This document shows positions 1 through 6,776 of a stretch of DNA of 43,053 nt, piece after piece. The DNA is from a virus. The translations under genes were made by a program, and so were the position numbers. The stretch's first letter is position 1. Each line of letters starts with the position of its first letter. Below the pieces are notes generated by a model. The model had not been told where the DNA came from and did not search any database. It worked only from the letters and a program-made list of their open reading frames with translations. Location of the stretch: positions 1-43,053 of the IMG/VR virus record IMGVR_UViG_3300038829_000108. The stretch is one strand, 5' to 3'.

Positions 1-127
1 CCGCGGCAGTGATCCCCGCCGCAAGCAACAGACCGCCCACGCGCCCCAAATCACTGAGCGCGCCGAGCGCCTTCGGTCTTGCGCTGTTGATGTCCCCGAT
101 CAGCCCAGCGCTATCCGCCGCCAGATC
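1..127. repeat. Terminal direct repeat, left copy (circular assembly overlap)
   Basis: 127 nt identical to 42927-43053. It lies inside the tape measure reading frame. Confidence 0.95.
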
Positions 128-157
128 AAGAACAGCCTCGCCTAAACTACCTGACAT
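1..157 (-). CDS. Tape measure protein, 5' end (wraps the junction; 1-127 duplicates 42927-43053)
   Basis: ATG at 157-155 follows directly after the TAA of the G-T ORF (158-160) and is preceded by AAGGAG. It reads MSGSLGEAVLDLAADSAGLIGDINSARPKALGALSDLGRVGG, in frame with ORF 40858..42975. The joined ORF is 741 aa. Confidence 0.8.
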   Translation of the reverse strand, partial: MSGSLGEAVLDLAADSAGLIGDINSARPKALGALSDLGRVGGLLLAAGITAA

Positions 158-906
158 TTATTCTCCTTGTTCACTCTCCCCTAAATGCGGAGCATTTGGG
201 GGAGATGCCGCTTTAGCGGCAGAGGGGGTCGCAGAGGGGGTATTGAGACCAGGGGACGGGGGTGGAGTCATAACCACACCAACGCCCAACAACCTCAACA
301 CCGCTGGGCTGGCAATCTCCGCTTCCATCTCCTGCAGGCGGGCTTGCCCTTTCCACAGGTCCAACAGGTCGCTTCGATCATCATCTTTCAAATGCGGGAA
401 GGAGACCGCTTCCGAGATCGCCAGCTTCATCTCGGCCAGACGCACGGGCAGCCTCTCTAAATATGCTCCGATGGCGCTCATGGGCATCTCGCTTACATCC
501 GCGAAACCCAGGCCATACCAGAAACTTATTTTCGAGAACCCTTCCGCCCAGTCATATTCTTCAAGGCGGTCTCCATCGCTTTTTTTCCTTGCGTCTGTTC
601 CATGTAGAACGTCAATATCCGCATCTTCATCAGGAACGTGATCTCGCCGATCGGGAAGTCGGGGCACAGCATTCGGATCATGTCGTCGAACGTGCTCTCC
701 ATATCAAGAGCCTGCTGATCGGTCATCTCCTCATTCAACAGCTTCAACCCATCGGCCTTCTTTTGCATCTTCTGCAATTGCACGGCCTGCTTCGGTCCCA
801 GCGCCTCGATCCTCATCAACTCATAATCGCGCCCGCCCTGCGTCACCTTCACGCTATTCGATTGCCCAAACAGCTCATCCAGATTTAGTTTCTTTACCTC
901 AGCCAT
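158..906 (-). CDS. Tail assembly chaperone G-T fusion made by -1 programmed frameshift
   Basis: The zero frame reads CAA GGA AAA AAA GCG. After a -1 slip on A AAA AAA the reading continues SDGDRLEEYDW, which matches ORF 158..667. Confidence 0.8.
175..241 (-). repeat. Stem-loop + mirror-repeat element, copy A
   Basis: Hairpin 1 at 175-205 (TCTCCCCTAAATGC/GCATTTGGGGGAGA). Hairpin 2 at 207-220 (GCCGC-TTTA-GCGGC). AGAGGGGGT at 221-229, with a second copy at 233-241. Confidence 0.85.
526..906 (-). CDS. Tail assembly chaperone (gpG-like)
   Basis: 126-aa ORF between the major tail protein and the tape measure. It contains the slippery site and is overlapped by a -1 frame ORF. Confidence 0.85.
   Translation of the reverse strand: MAEVKKLNLDELFGQSNSVKVTQGGRDYELMRIEALGPKQAVQLQKMQKKADGLKLLNEEMTDQQALDMESTFDDMIRMLCPDFPIGEITFLMKMRILTFYMEQTQGKKAMETALKNMTGRKGSRK
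580..586 (-). promoter_or_regulatory. -1 frameshift slippery heptamer A AAA AAA
   Basis: Seven T on the plus strand at 580-586, inside the overlap of the G and T frames. Confidence 0.8.
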
Positions 907-924
907 AAATCCTCGCTTCCTTTT

Positions 925-986
925 TCTCCCCCAAATACTCCCGAAGGGATATTTGGGGGAGATGTCGCGTCAGCGACAGAGGGGGT
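925..986 (-). repeat. Stem-loop + mirror-repeat element, copy B
   Basis: Hairpin 1 at 925-962. Hairpin 2 at 964-977 (GTCGC-GTCA-GCGAC). AGAGGGGGT at 978-986. The upstream stop is at 989. Confidence 0.85.
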
Positions 987-988
987 GC

Positions 989-1576
989 CTACGGCAGCGC
1001 CGCCGCATCCTGTGCTTCAAAGATGCCAAAGCGCTCCGCCTCGGTTGCCGTATCCAGGTCTTCCAACACTTCGAACTTCGCGGGGATCAATGTCTTCTCG
1101 CCTTTTTTGAACTCGCTTCCGACGTCATCGTCGAAGTATCCGCGCGGCACGTAATACTGCGCGGGCATACTAGCCCCATAAGGCGACTTGCCGCGGAATA
1201 AAAAGGCGAACTCACTCACCTCCGAACCCGTGTACATTCCAACCTTGCGGTAGCCGATCGTTCCCACGCCAGCCGCAATATCCGTCACGGTCAGGCCCAC
1301 CACATCCGCCAGGTTCTCCAGCGTAATATCCTGCAGGTTCGTCTCCAGCATCACGCCTTCCTCTTCCTGCGTAACGCCGATTGGCCCCGTTCGTTGATCC
1401 GCGAATAGTTTGTTGCGTTTGCGCGTCTTTGTGAACTTCACGCCCCCGTCGGTAAATCCAAGCGCGCGCCAGCTTCCCGAAGGGGTCGCGTCCAGCGCGG
1501 GCTTTGCGGTCGCAGAGGGAGCGATGTACAGCGTCCCCGCTCCCACCAGTAATTGATATGGTTTTGTTGATGGCAT
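989..1576 (-). CDS. Major tail protein
   Basis: 195 aa, AAGGAGG RBS, positioned directly upstream of the G/GT chaperones. The sequence resembles a siphovirus tail tube protein. Confidence 0.75.
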   Translation of the reverse strand: MPSTKPYQLLVGAGTLYIAPSATAKPALDATPSGSWRALGFTDGGVKFTKTRKRNKLFADQRTGPIGVTQEEEGVMLETNLQDITLENLADVVGLTVTDIAAGVGTIGYRKVGMYTGSEVSEFAFLFRGKSPYGASMPAQYYVPRGYFDDDVGSEFKKGEKTLIPAKFEVLEDLDTATEAERFGIFEAQDAAALP

Positions 1577-1587
1577 TTCATGCCTCC

Positions 1588-1809
1588 TTATAAAATTTCG
1601 ACATAGCCAATGCGCTCCAGGCGCTTGGCTTCTTTGGGATCGACATCATGCTCGCTTCCAGCCTCGCCCAGGCCTTCCACAGCCCGCCCAGGTTTGATCC
1701 TCACCCGCACAGTTGCTGCGGCTCCTCCTCGAGGAACATGTTCTTTCTCTTTGCTCTTATTCTCGTTTGGCTGAAGAGCTTTATTCTCTAATTCAAAATC
1801 ATCTTTCAT
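1588..1809 (-). CDS. Hypothetical protein (73 aa)
   Basis: ATG overlaps the upstream stop (ATGA coupling) within the neck-tail module. Confidence 0.55.
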   Translation of the reverse strand: MKDDFELENKALQPNENKSKEKEHVPRGGAAATVRVRIKPGRAVEGLGEAGSEHDVDPKEAKRLERIGYVEIL

Positions 1810-2219
1810 AGCACAGCCTCCTCGCTGATCTCGCTTTTGAAAAACACCACGCCCATGTCCATCTTCAGCTCGTCCTCATATAAAAATGACAATCCTGATT
1901 CTGGATAGAAGTAATGCACGAGCGCGTTTCCTTTGCTGGTGGTTACCACAAACCGCTCATTGTCTCGGCTCAAACCGATCAACTCCTGATACACGGTCGT
2001 AATGCCCGCCGTGCTCTGGCCATAGATACTCAGCTCGATTCGCTGGTCCACAACCTCGGCATACAGATCGAACGGCCCGCCGTCCGCATGAACGGTCACG
2101 CCCAAATCATTCACGGTCCAGTCACTGCCATAGCGATGCTTCCCAGCCACGCGGCCATTCGCGCTCGTCAGCGCGGTTTCCAACCATTGGATGATCGTCT
2201 CGATCGGGTCAATGTCCAT
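1806..2219 (-). CDS. Tail terminator / tail completion-like protein
   Basis: 137 aa, GGAGGA RBS, positioned between the gp10-like gene and the tail tube gene. Confidence 0.5.
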   Translation of the reverse strand: MDIDPIETIIQWLETALTSANGRVAGKHRYGSDWTVNDLGVTVHADGGPFDLYAEVVDQRIELSIYGQSTAGITTVYQELIGLSRDNERFVVTTSKGNALVHYFYPESGLSFLYEDELKMDMGVVFFKSEISEEAVL

Positions 2220-2232
2220 AACTTCCTTTTTT

Positions 2233-2293
2233 CCTCCTCCAAATGGCGCTCTCCCGTTTGGGGGAGGTGCCGAAGGCGGAGGGGGTCGGGGGT
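2233..2293 (-). repeat. Stem-loop + mirror-repeat element, copy C
   Basis: Hairpin 1 at 2233-2267 (CCTCCTCCAAATGG/CCGTTTGGGGGAGG). GCC-GAA-GGC hairpin. GGAGGGGGT at 2278-2286. It abuts the stop at 2293. Confidence 0.8.
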
Positions 2294-2727
2294 CATTTCT
2301 TCATCTGATGCTTCTTCAAAATCCCTGGCAGTTCAGGCTTCGCTTTCGCCAGGCCGTTCGTCAGATAGTGATAGCCAGTAAAACTATGGTGTCCCTGATG
2401 CACGGGCAGCGCGTACGTCAACCCGCTTCCAATTTGCAGGGTTGTCTTTACGCCAATGGTCTTGGCCTTCACTCCGCGGCCGCCTCGCTCTGGGCTGGCC
2501 TTGCCTGGCGTCACATCATCGGCGGACCATGCATAGCCAGGCTCAGCCACGTGGATGGATCGCCTCAGGGTGCCAGTCAGCACGCCATGCCCGCGCTTCA
2601 ATTGCTTCTTGGCATGGCGTTCCACGGTCAAGCCGAATTCCATATAGGCTTCCGCCATGTTATCTTGCACAGCTTGCACAACCTTTACGCCGCGCCAGAC
2701 GAGTCGCTTTACTGGATTTCTCGCCAT
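2293..2727 (-). CDS. HK97 gp10-family neck protein
   Basis: 144 aa, conserved position, and a C-terminal motif (YALPVHQG...) like the gp10 family. Confidence 0.65.
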   Translation of the reverse strand: MARNPVKRLVWRGVKVVQAVQDNMAEAYMEFGLTVERHAKKQLKRGHGVLTGTLRRSIHVAEPGYAWSADDVTPGKASPERGGRGVKAKTIGVKTTLQIGSGLTYALPVHQGHHSFTGYHYLTNGLAKAKPELPGILKKHQMKK

Positions 2728-2742
2728 ACCACTTCCTATATC

Positions 2743-2813
2743 TCTCCCCTAAATTGCGACTTTGTCCCCTTCAGGGGTAGCAATTTGGGGGAGATGCCGA
2801 AGGCAGAGGGGGT
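2743..2813 (-). repeat. Stem-loop + mirror-repeat element, copy D
   Basis: Hairpin 1 at 2743-2794 with a nested TCCCC-TTCA-GGGG. TGCC-GAA-GGCA hairpin. AGAGGGGGT at 2805-2813, overlapping the stop codon. Confidence 0.85.
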
Positions 2814-3169
2814 CACGAAACCTTCTCCAGCATGGCTGTCTTGTGATGTGCGACCATCCTTCGTCTCGTAAGGATTTCCGTCACCACAAACATTCCAGCC
2901 ATCACGCTCGCATCTTCCAGCGTTACTTCGGTCACCTCTGCGTGTTCGCGCAAGTCCGCGCCAGCGCCGACAATCAACAAATAAACGGTCTTCACCGTGT
3001 TCTCGCCGCGTTCGTCGCTCCAGATTCGTTCCCGCTTCTCCACCAGCCTGCATCGCGTGCCGCGTATCAACGGGTCGAACGCTGGCGCCTCGTTATTGTG
3101 TGCATCGAGTCCGCCTGGTGCGGCATTCCTGATCGAGCAGGTATGGATCAGCAGGGTGTCGAGGCTCAT
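2813..3169 (-). CDS. Head closure / head-tail adaptor protein
   Basis: 118 aa, start overlaps the upstream stop, SPP1 gp16-like position. Confidence 0.55.
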   Translation of the reverse strand: MSLDTLLIHTCSIRNAAPGGLDAHNNEAPAFDPLIRGTRCRLVEKRERIWSDERGENTVKTVYLLIVGAGADLREHAEVTEVTLEDASVMAGMFVVTEILTRRRMVAHHKTAMLEKVS

Positions 3170-3498
3170 AGTCTGATGACGGCTGCGGTCACACTCGTGC
3201 CTGCTGAAAAATCAACCTGCACCTTGCCATCGGTGTTATAGATGCTTGGCGGGAAAGGCCCGATCAACTTATTCACGCCCGCGCCAACCGCCACCACCAG
3301 GTCAGCCACAGCCAGGCTATCCACCGTGGGCTGGGTGATCGTCGTCACATTGATGGACCCGCCGCTTGCATTCTTCACATACAGGAAGCACGCGCCATCA
3401 TTGACAAACTCATTTCCATTCGGCTGATCCACCGCCGCAAAGGTATGAGTCAAACCAGTTCGCACGATCTGCTGCACACTCAAATTCGTCCTAGCCAT
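3166..3498 (-). CDS. Hypothetical structural protein (110 aa)
   Basis: AAAGGAG RBS, located in the head-neck module. Confidence 0.6.
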   Translation of the reverse strand: MARTNLSVQQIVRTGLTHTFAAVDQPNGNEFVNDGACFLYVKNASGGSINVTTITQPTVDSLAVADLVVAVGAGVNKLIGPFPPSIYNTDGKVQVDFSAGTSVTAAVIRL

Positions 3499-3528
3499 AG
3501 AATCTCCTTTCTAACTATTCACCAGTCG

Positions 3529-4038
3529 CTACAACGCCTGAAACATCAATCGCTTCATCGTCTTGCGAAATTCGGCATCCCAATTGTCAGGAGCCGTGTA
3601 CGAATATTCACCCGCAATGTTCTCGCTTTTCATCGCCGTGCGCTCGAGCACGATCCGTATCAGGTCAATGATTACCTGCTCGCGCTTCAGCCGATCATCC
3701 GCAGGCTGATACGTCACCACGCATACATCGCCCCAGTTTGCATTGATCGGCAATCGCTCGATCACGCCGCCCGCCCATACGTGATAGTCGTCTGCTGTAA
3801 GCGCAGTGTCATCCTCGACAATACTCACAACATCATGGATCTCTGTAGGCAGAAACAGCGACTCACCCTCGCCGCGCATTGTCTTCACGACCTGCGAAGG
3901 CGTAACGCCCGTCCACGGCGCGCCGATCTTCTCGATGATTTGAGCCTCGACACGATCAATGATCTTCTGCAAGTTCACATCCGACATGGATGTATTCACA
4001 AGAGCTTTCACATCAGCGGGCAATATAAGACTGGTCAT
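3529..4038 (-). CDS. Head-tail connector (gp6-like)
   Basis: ATG at 4038 with a GAGGAA RBS was chosen. The upstream ATG at 4065 lies inside repeat element E. The N-terminus is gp6-like (LILPADVKAL...IIDRVEAQIIE). Confidence 0.65.
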   Translation of the reverse strand: MTSLILPADVKALVNTSMSDVNLQKIIDRVEAQIIEKIGAPWTGVTPSQVVKTMRGEGESLFLPTEIHDVVSIVEDDTALTADDYHVWAGGVIERLPINANWGDVCVVTYQPADDRLKREQVIIDLIRIVLERTAMKSENIAGEYSYTAPDNWDAEFRKTMKRLMFQAL

Positions 4039-4054
4039 TAGTTCCTCGGGTTTA

Positions 4055-4101
4055 CCCTCCCCCATTTCAAAGACCGAAATGGGGGAGGGCAGGGTCAGGG
4101 T
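4055..4101 (-). repeat. Stem-loop element, copy E (degenerate tail)
   Basis: CCCTCCCCCATTTC-7nt-GAAATGGGGGAGGG, then CAGGGTCAGGGT. It abuts the stop at 4102. Confidence 0.75.
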
Positions 4102-4533
4102 TTACGCAATCCCCTCATAAGGGCTTGCGTGAATCTCGCCCGCATTACTCTCAGGGCGATTCCGACCGCCATAGAGAATGGCAATCACCGCCACAGGTGT
4201 CGCTGCAACCGCATTCGGCACCGCAACAGACGGACGCACATACTGCTCAGTCGGGCGATAGATGTCCAGCATCGTCGAGCCATCCGCGCCAACAGTTGTG
4301 GCGAAGGCGACTGAAGTATCTTTTAAATCAGCCACAGTGCCATAAGCCGAATCGCTGTCCTGCTGGGCTTTGACAGTGAAATTCAACGCCTCGCCTTTCA
4401 GGGCATAGACATAAAAGGCGACGCCTTCATAGCCAGACATATCCACACCAGCGCCAACCAGCGTCTCGTTATCAGCCGCCTTCAAAACCTGCGGCACAAA
4501 CTTCGTATCCTCAAACATATCTTTGAATAACAT
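4102..4533 (-). CDS. Hypothetical capsid-associated protein (possible decoration protein)
   Basis: ATG at 4533 sits 9 nt after AAGGAG. The track start at 4551 is a TTG. The gene lies directly downstream of the major capsid gene. Confidence 0.6.
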   Translation of the reverse strand: MLFKDMFEDTKFVPQVLKAADNETLVGAGVDMSGYEGVAFYVYALKGEALNFTVKAQQDSDSAYGTVADLKDTSVAFATTVGADGSTMLDIYRPTEQYVRPSVAVPNAVAATPVAVIAILYGGRNRPESNAGEIHASPYEGIA

Positions 4534-4561
4534 GGTTTTTTTCTCCTTCAATCTTCCTCCT

Positions 4562-4608
4562 CCTCCTCCATTTTCGTTTTTTGAAAATGGGGGAGGTCGG
4601 GAGGGGGT
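4562..4608 (-). repeat. Stem-loop + mirror-repeat element, copy F
   Basis: CCTCCTCCATTTTC-7nt-GAAAATGGGGGAGG, TCG linker, GGAGGGGGT. It lies 4 nt from the stop at 4613. Confidence 0.85.
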
Positions 4609-4612
4609 TGGC

Positions 4613-5896
4613 TTACGCCTTCACCTTCAGGTGATAGAACGCCTCATTTGATACGGGCATACCGTCAGTTTCCAAGCGACCGATGAAGCCAGTCTGATCG
4701 GTTTCGGCATACAACTCGTCCAGGCGTTTGATGCTCAGGTTCAGCGAATCAACAATCCAGTAATACTGGAAATCACCGATGGTGGCGATCAACTCGTTGT
4801 CCTTATAAACATCGCTGGTATCCAAACCAGTCGGATACTGATCTGAAAGCTCATACGCCCAATCCAAAATGGTGCTCGGGTGACCACTGCTCAAGCCTGG
4901 CTGCCAAAGATATTGGTTGTTGCTGTCTTTCAGCAAACGCACCTTGCGCAGGAAGGAGCGATTGGTCAGGATGCGAGCCGTTCCCGCGTAAGCCGCGGGC
5001 AGGCTGTATGCCCAGTTGACAATGTCGTCTGGAGCCAAAACATTCGATGCCGCAGTGGTGTACTTCGGAATGCCGCTCCACTGCAAAATACCCATCGGGC
5101 CATTGGCGCTCTTGCCATTGATGAACGCATATTCCGAAGGCACGCCAAAACGCCTGCCCATGCGGTTGGTGATCCAGCTCTCGATGTCGATCAAGCGGCC
5201 AGCGCGCAGTTCTGTATTGCTGATCAGGATGCGCTTCGCCAGTGGCTTCGGGGTTAAGATGCGTCCGCCGAAAGGCTTGATCTCATCCTTCGAGCCTGTC
5301 TTGATCTCGGTTGTCCACTCGGCATCCGAGAGTTCATTCTCTTCGGTCGGTGTGATGGATGAACCGCCAGGGATCGCGGGTAATACACGGCTAATTCGGC
5401 GCATGGCAGAAACAGGTTCCTGCTTCTCGAGCAGCTCTGAACGTTGCGTATCGGTCACCAGGTAACCGCCTGCTGAAGCGGGGCTGGTGGCAAGGTCCTT
5501 GCGCTCCACACCTTCAAAACCATTCTTCCAATACATAATGGTCGCAATGGCTTGCTTGGCTTGCTTCTCATCGAAGAATCGCTCTTCGATTTCAGCGCTC
5601 TTGAAACCAGCCTGCCGCAATGCGCTCTTCGTCTCAGCGGAGATCGCGCCCTTGCCTTCGCCGCCGCCATTCATCGGCAGTTGCGAGTTCGGCTTGTTGA
5701 ACGTCTCATCCATCCCAGCCGCGCGCTCGAGGCGTTTCGCCCCTGCGGTCTTGGCTTCCACCTGGTCAAGCAGGGTATCTACTGCATCCGCCTTGTCCTT
5801 TGGCAGATCCTTGCCCTTGAACTCATCCAGAATGGTTTTCGCATGTACGTGCAATTGATTGGCTTCGTCATAAAGCCGTTTGATATTCGGGTCCAT
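4613..5896 (-). CDS. Major capsid protein, HK97 family
   Basis: 427 aa with an N-terminal coiled-coil delta-like region and an HK97-like core. It follows the prohead protease. Confidence 0.9.
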   Translation of the reverse strand: MDPNIKRLYDEANQLHVHAKTILDEFKGKDLPKDKADAVDTLLDQVEAKTAGAKRLERAAGMDETFNKPNSQLPMNGGGEGKGAISAETKSALRQAGFKSAEIEERFFDEKQAKQAIATIMYWKNGFEGVERKDLATSPASAGGYLVTDTQRSELLEKQEPVSAMRRISRVLPAIPGGSSITPTEENELSDAEWTTEIKTGSKDEIKPFGGRILTPKPLAKRILISNTELRAGRLIDIESWITNRMGRRFGVPSEYAFINGKSANGPMGILQWSGIPKYTTAASNVLAPDDIVNWAYSLPAAYAGTARILTNRSFLRKVRLLKDSNNQYLWQPGLSSGHPSTILDWAYELSDQYPTGLDTSDVYKDNELIATIGDFQYYWIVDSLNLSIKRLDELYAETDQTGFIGRLETDGMPVSNEAFYHLKVKA

Positions 5897-5911
5897 GAAA
5901 ATTCTCCTTGT

Positions 5912-6697
5912 CTAATTTGAAATATGCGCGAGCTGGATTTCCGCCGCTCGCAGGCGTTTCGTCAACAGTGCAGAGTGCATGACCTTCTGCGGCTCTGCGG
6001 CTGTAAGTAGATTATTCAAAGCCTCCATCGCGCCCTCCATCGCGCTTATGGCGTTCGTCACTTTCTCTTTGTTGGCAGTGCTCAACACACGCCCCTCTTT
6101 CATCTCGACGATAAAAGCATTCCACTTTTCAGCGTACGCCTTCACCATCGCCCCGTCCGACTGCGAAGTCCCTGAAAGGGGATCACTATTCACTGGTAAC
6201 TGACCACTACTTTTCATCAACGCCGCCTTCACAGCGCGGATCTCCGTCAACGCATTCATGCCCAAAGGTACAGGGCTGATCTCGTATAGTTTCACTTCAC
6301 GCAAATTGCGGACGTTCATACCGCCAGGCATATTTTCAAAATCGAACTTGACCGCCTCGTAACCAAACGAGCCTTCGGTCAACGCGCCATCCTTCATCAG
6401 CGCCCAGGCTTCCTTGCCCCAGAATGAGTCAAGCGTCAGACGACCGCCCGCAAACAGACCCACCGCATCTTCCTGCAGGACAGTGGGGGGCGGTCCGATC
6501 AGCTTATTCCAATCGTGAGCATAGAAGACCTTCACACGTTTTGCGCGTTCTGTGATCGTCTTCTGAAACATGCCAGGATGAGCAATATCACTGCCATCAT
6601 CCACGTTTCCGAAGATTGAAAAATGTCCTTCGTATTGCCCTTCGTTGCCAATGGCTTTGAACTCCACCGCAGTTGATTTGTATTCCAAGTCGCTCAT
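5912..6697 (-). CDS. Prohead protease (HK97 / S78 type) with a scaffold-like C-terminal tail
   Basis: ATG at 6697 with an AAGGAG RBS. Motifs include GHFSIFGNVDDGSDI and SFGY...EVKLYEISPVPLGMN. The longer track ORF would begin inside repeat element G. Confidence 0.85.
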   Translation of the reverse strand: MSDLEYKSTAVEFKAIGNEGQYEGHFSIFGNVDDGSDIAHPGMFQKTITERAKRVKVFYAHDWNKLIGPPPTVLQEDAVGLFAGGRLTLDSFWGKEAWALMKDGALTEGSFGYEAVKFDFENMPGGMNVRNLREVKLYEISPVPLGMNALTEIRAVKAALMKSSGQLPVNSDPLSGTSQSDGAMVKAYAEKWNAFIVEMKEGRVLSTANKEKVTNAISAMEGAMEALNNLLTAAEPQKVMHSALLTKRLRAAEIQLAHISN

Positions 6698-6723
6698 ATT
6701 GTTCTCCTTACAACAATCTTCCT

Positions 6724-6776
6724 CCTCCCCCAAATGCGCTCTTGTTCTTCGCATTTGGGGGAGGTCGGGAGGGGGT
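6724..6776 (-). repeat. Stem-loop + mirror-repeat element, copy G
   Basis: 15-bp stem CCTCCCCCAAATGCG/CGCATTTGGGGGAGG, TCG linker, GGAGGGGGT. It abuts the portal stop at 6777. Confidence 0.9.

Noticed and set aside
1-127. 127-bp direct terminal repeat as the physical ends of the virion DNA
   Set aside because: The repeat is internal to the tape measure ORF and preserves its frame when collapsed. This fits an assembler overlap of a circular or circularly permuted molecule.
175-6776. Reading the recurring hairpin elements as a CRISPR array
   Set aside because: Copies are separated by whole genes (0.4-2 kb), not by uniform short spacers. The repeats are long imperfect palindromes of variable length, and no cas genes are present.
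175-6776. Reading the elements as ordinary rho-independent terminators or as G-quadruplexes
   Set aside because: None of the nine copies has a U-tract on either strand. G-runs exist on the plus strand, but most copies offer only three G3+ tracts. G4 formation also would not explain the exact, covarying mirror symmetry. G4 formation cannot be fully excluded.
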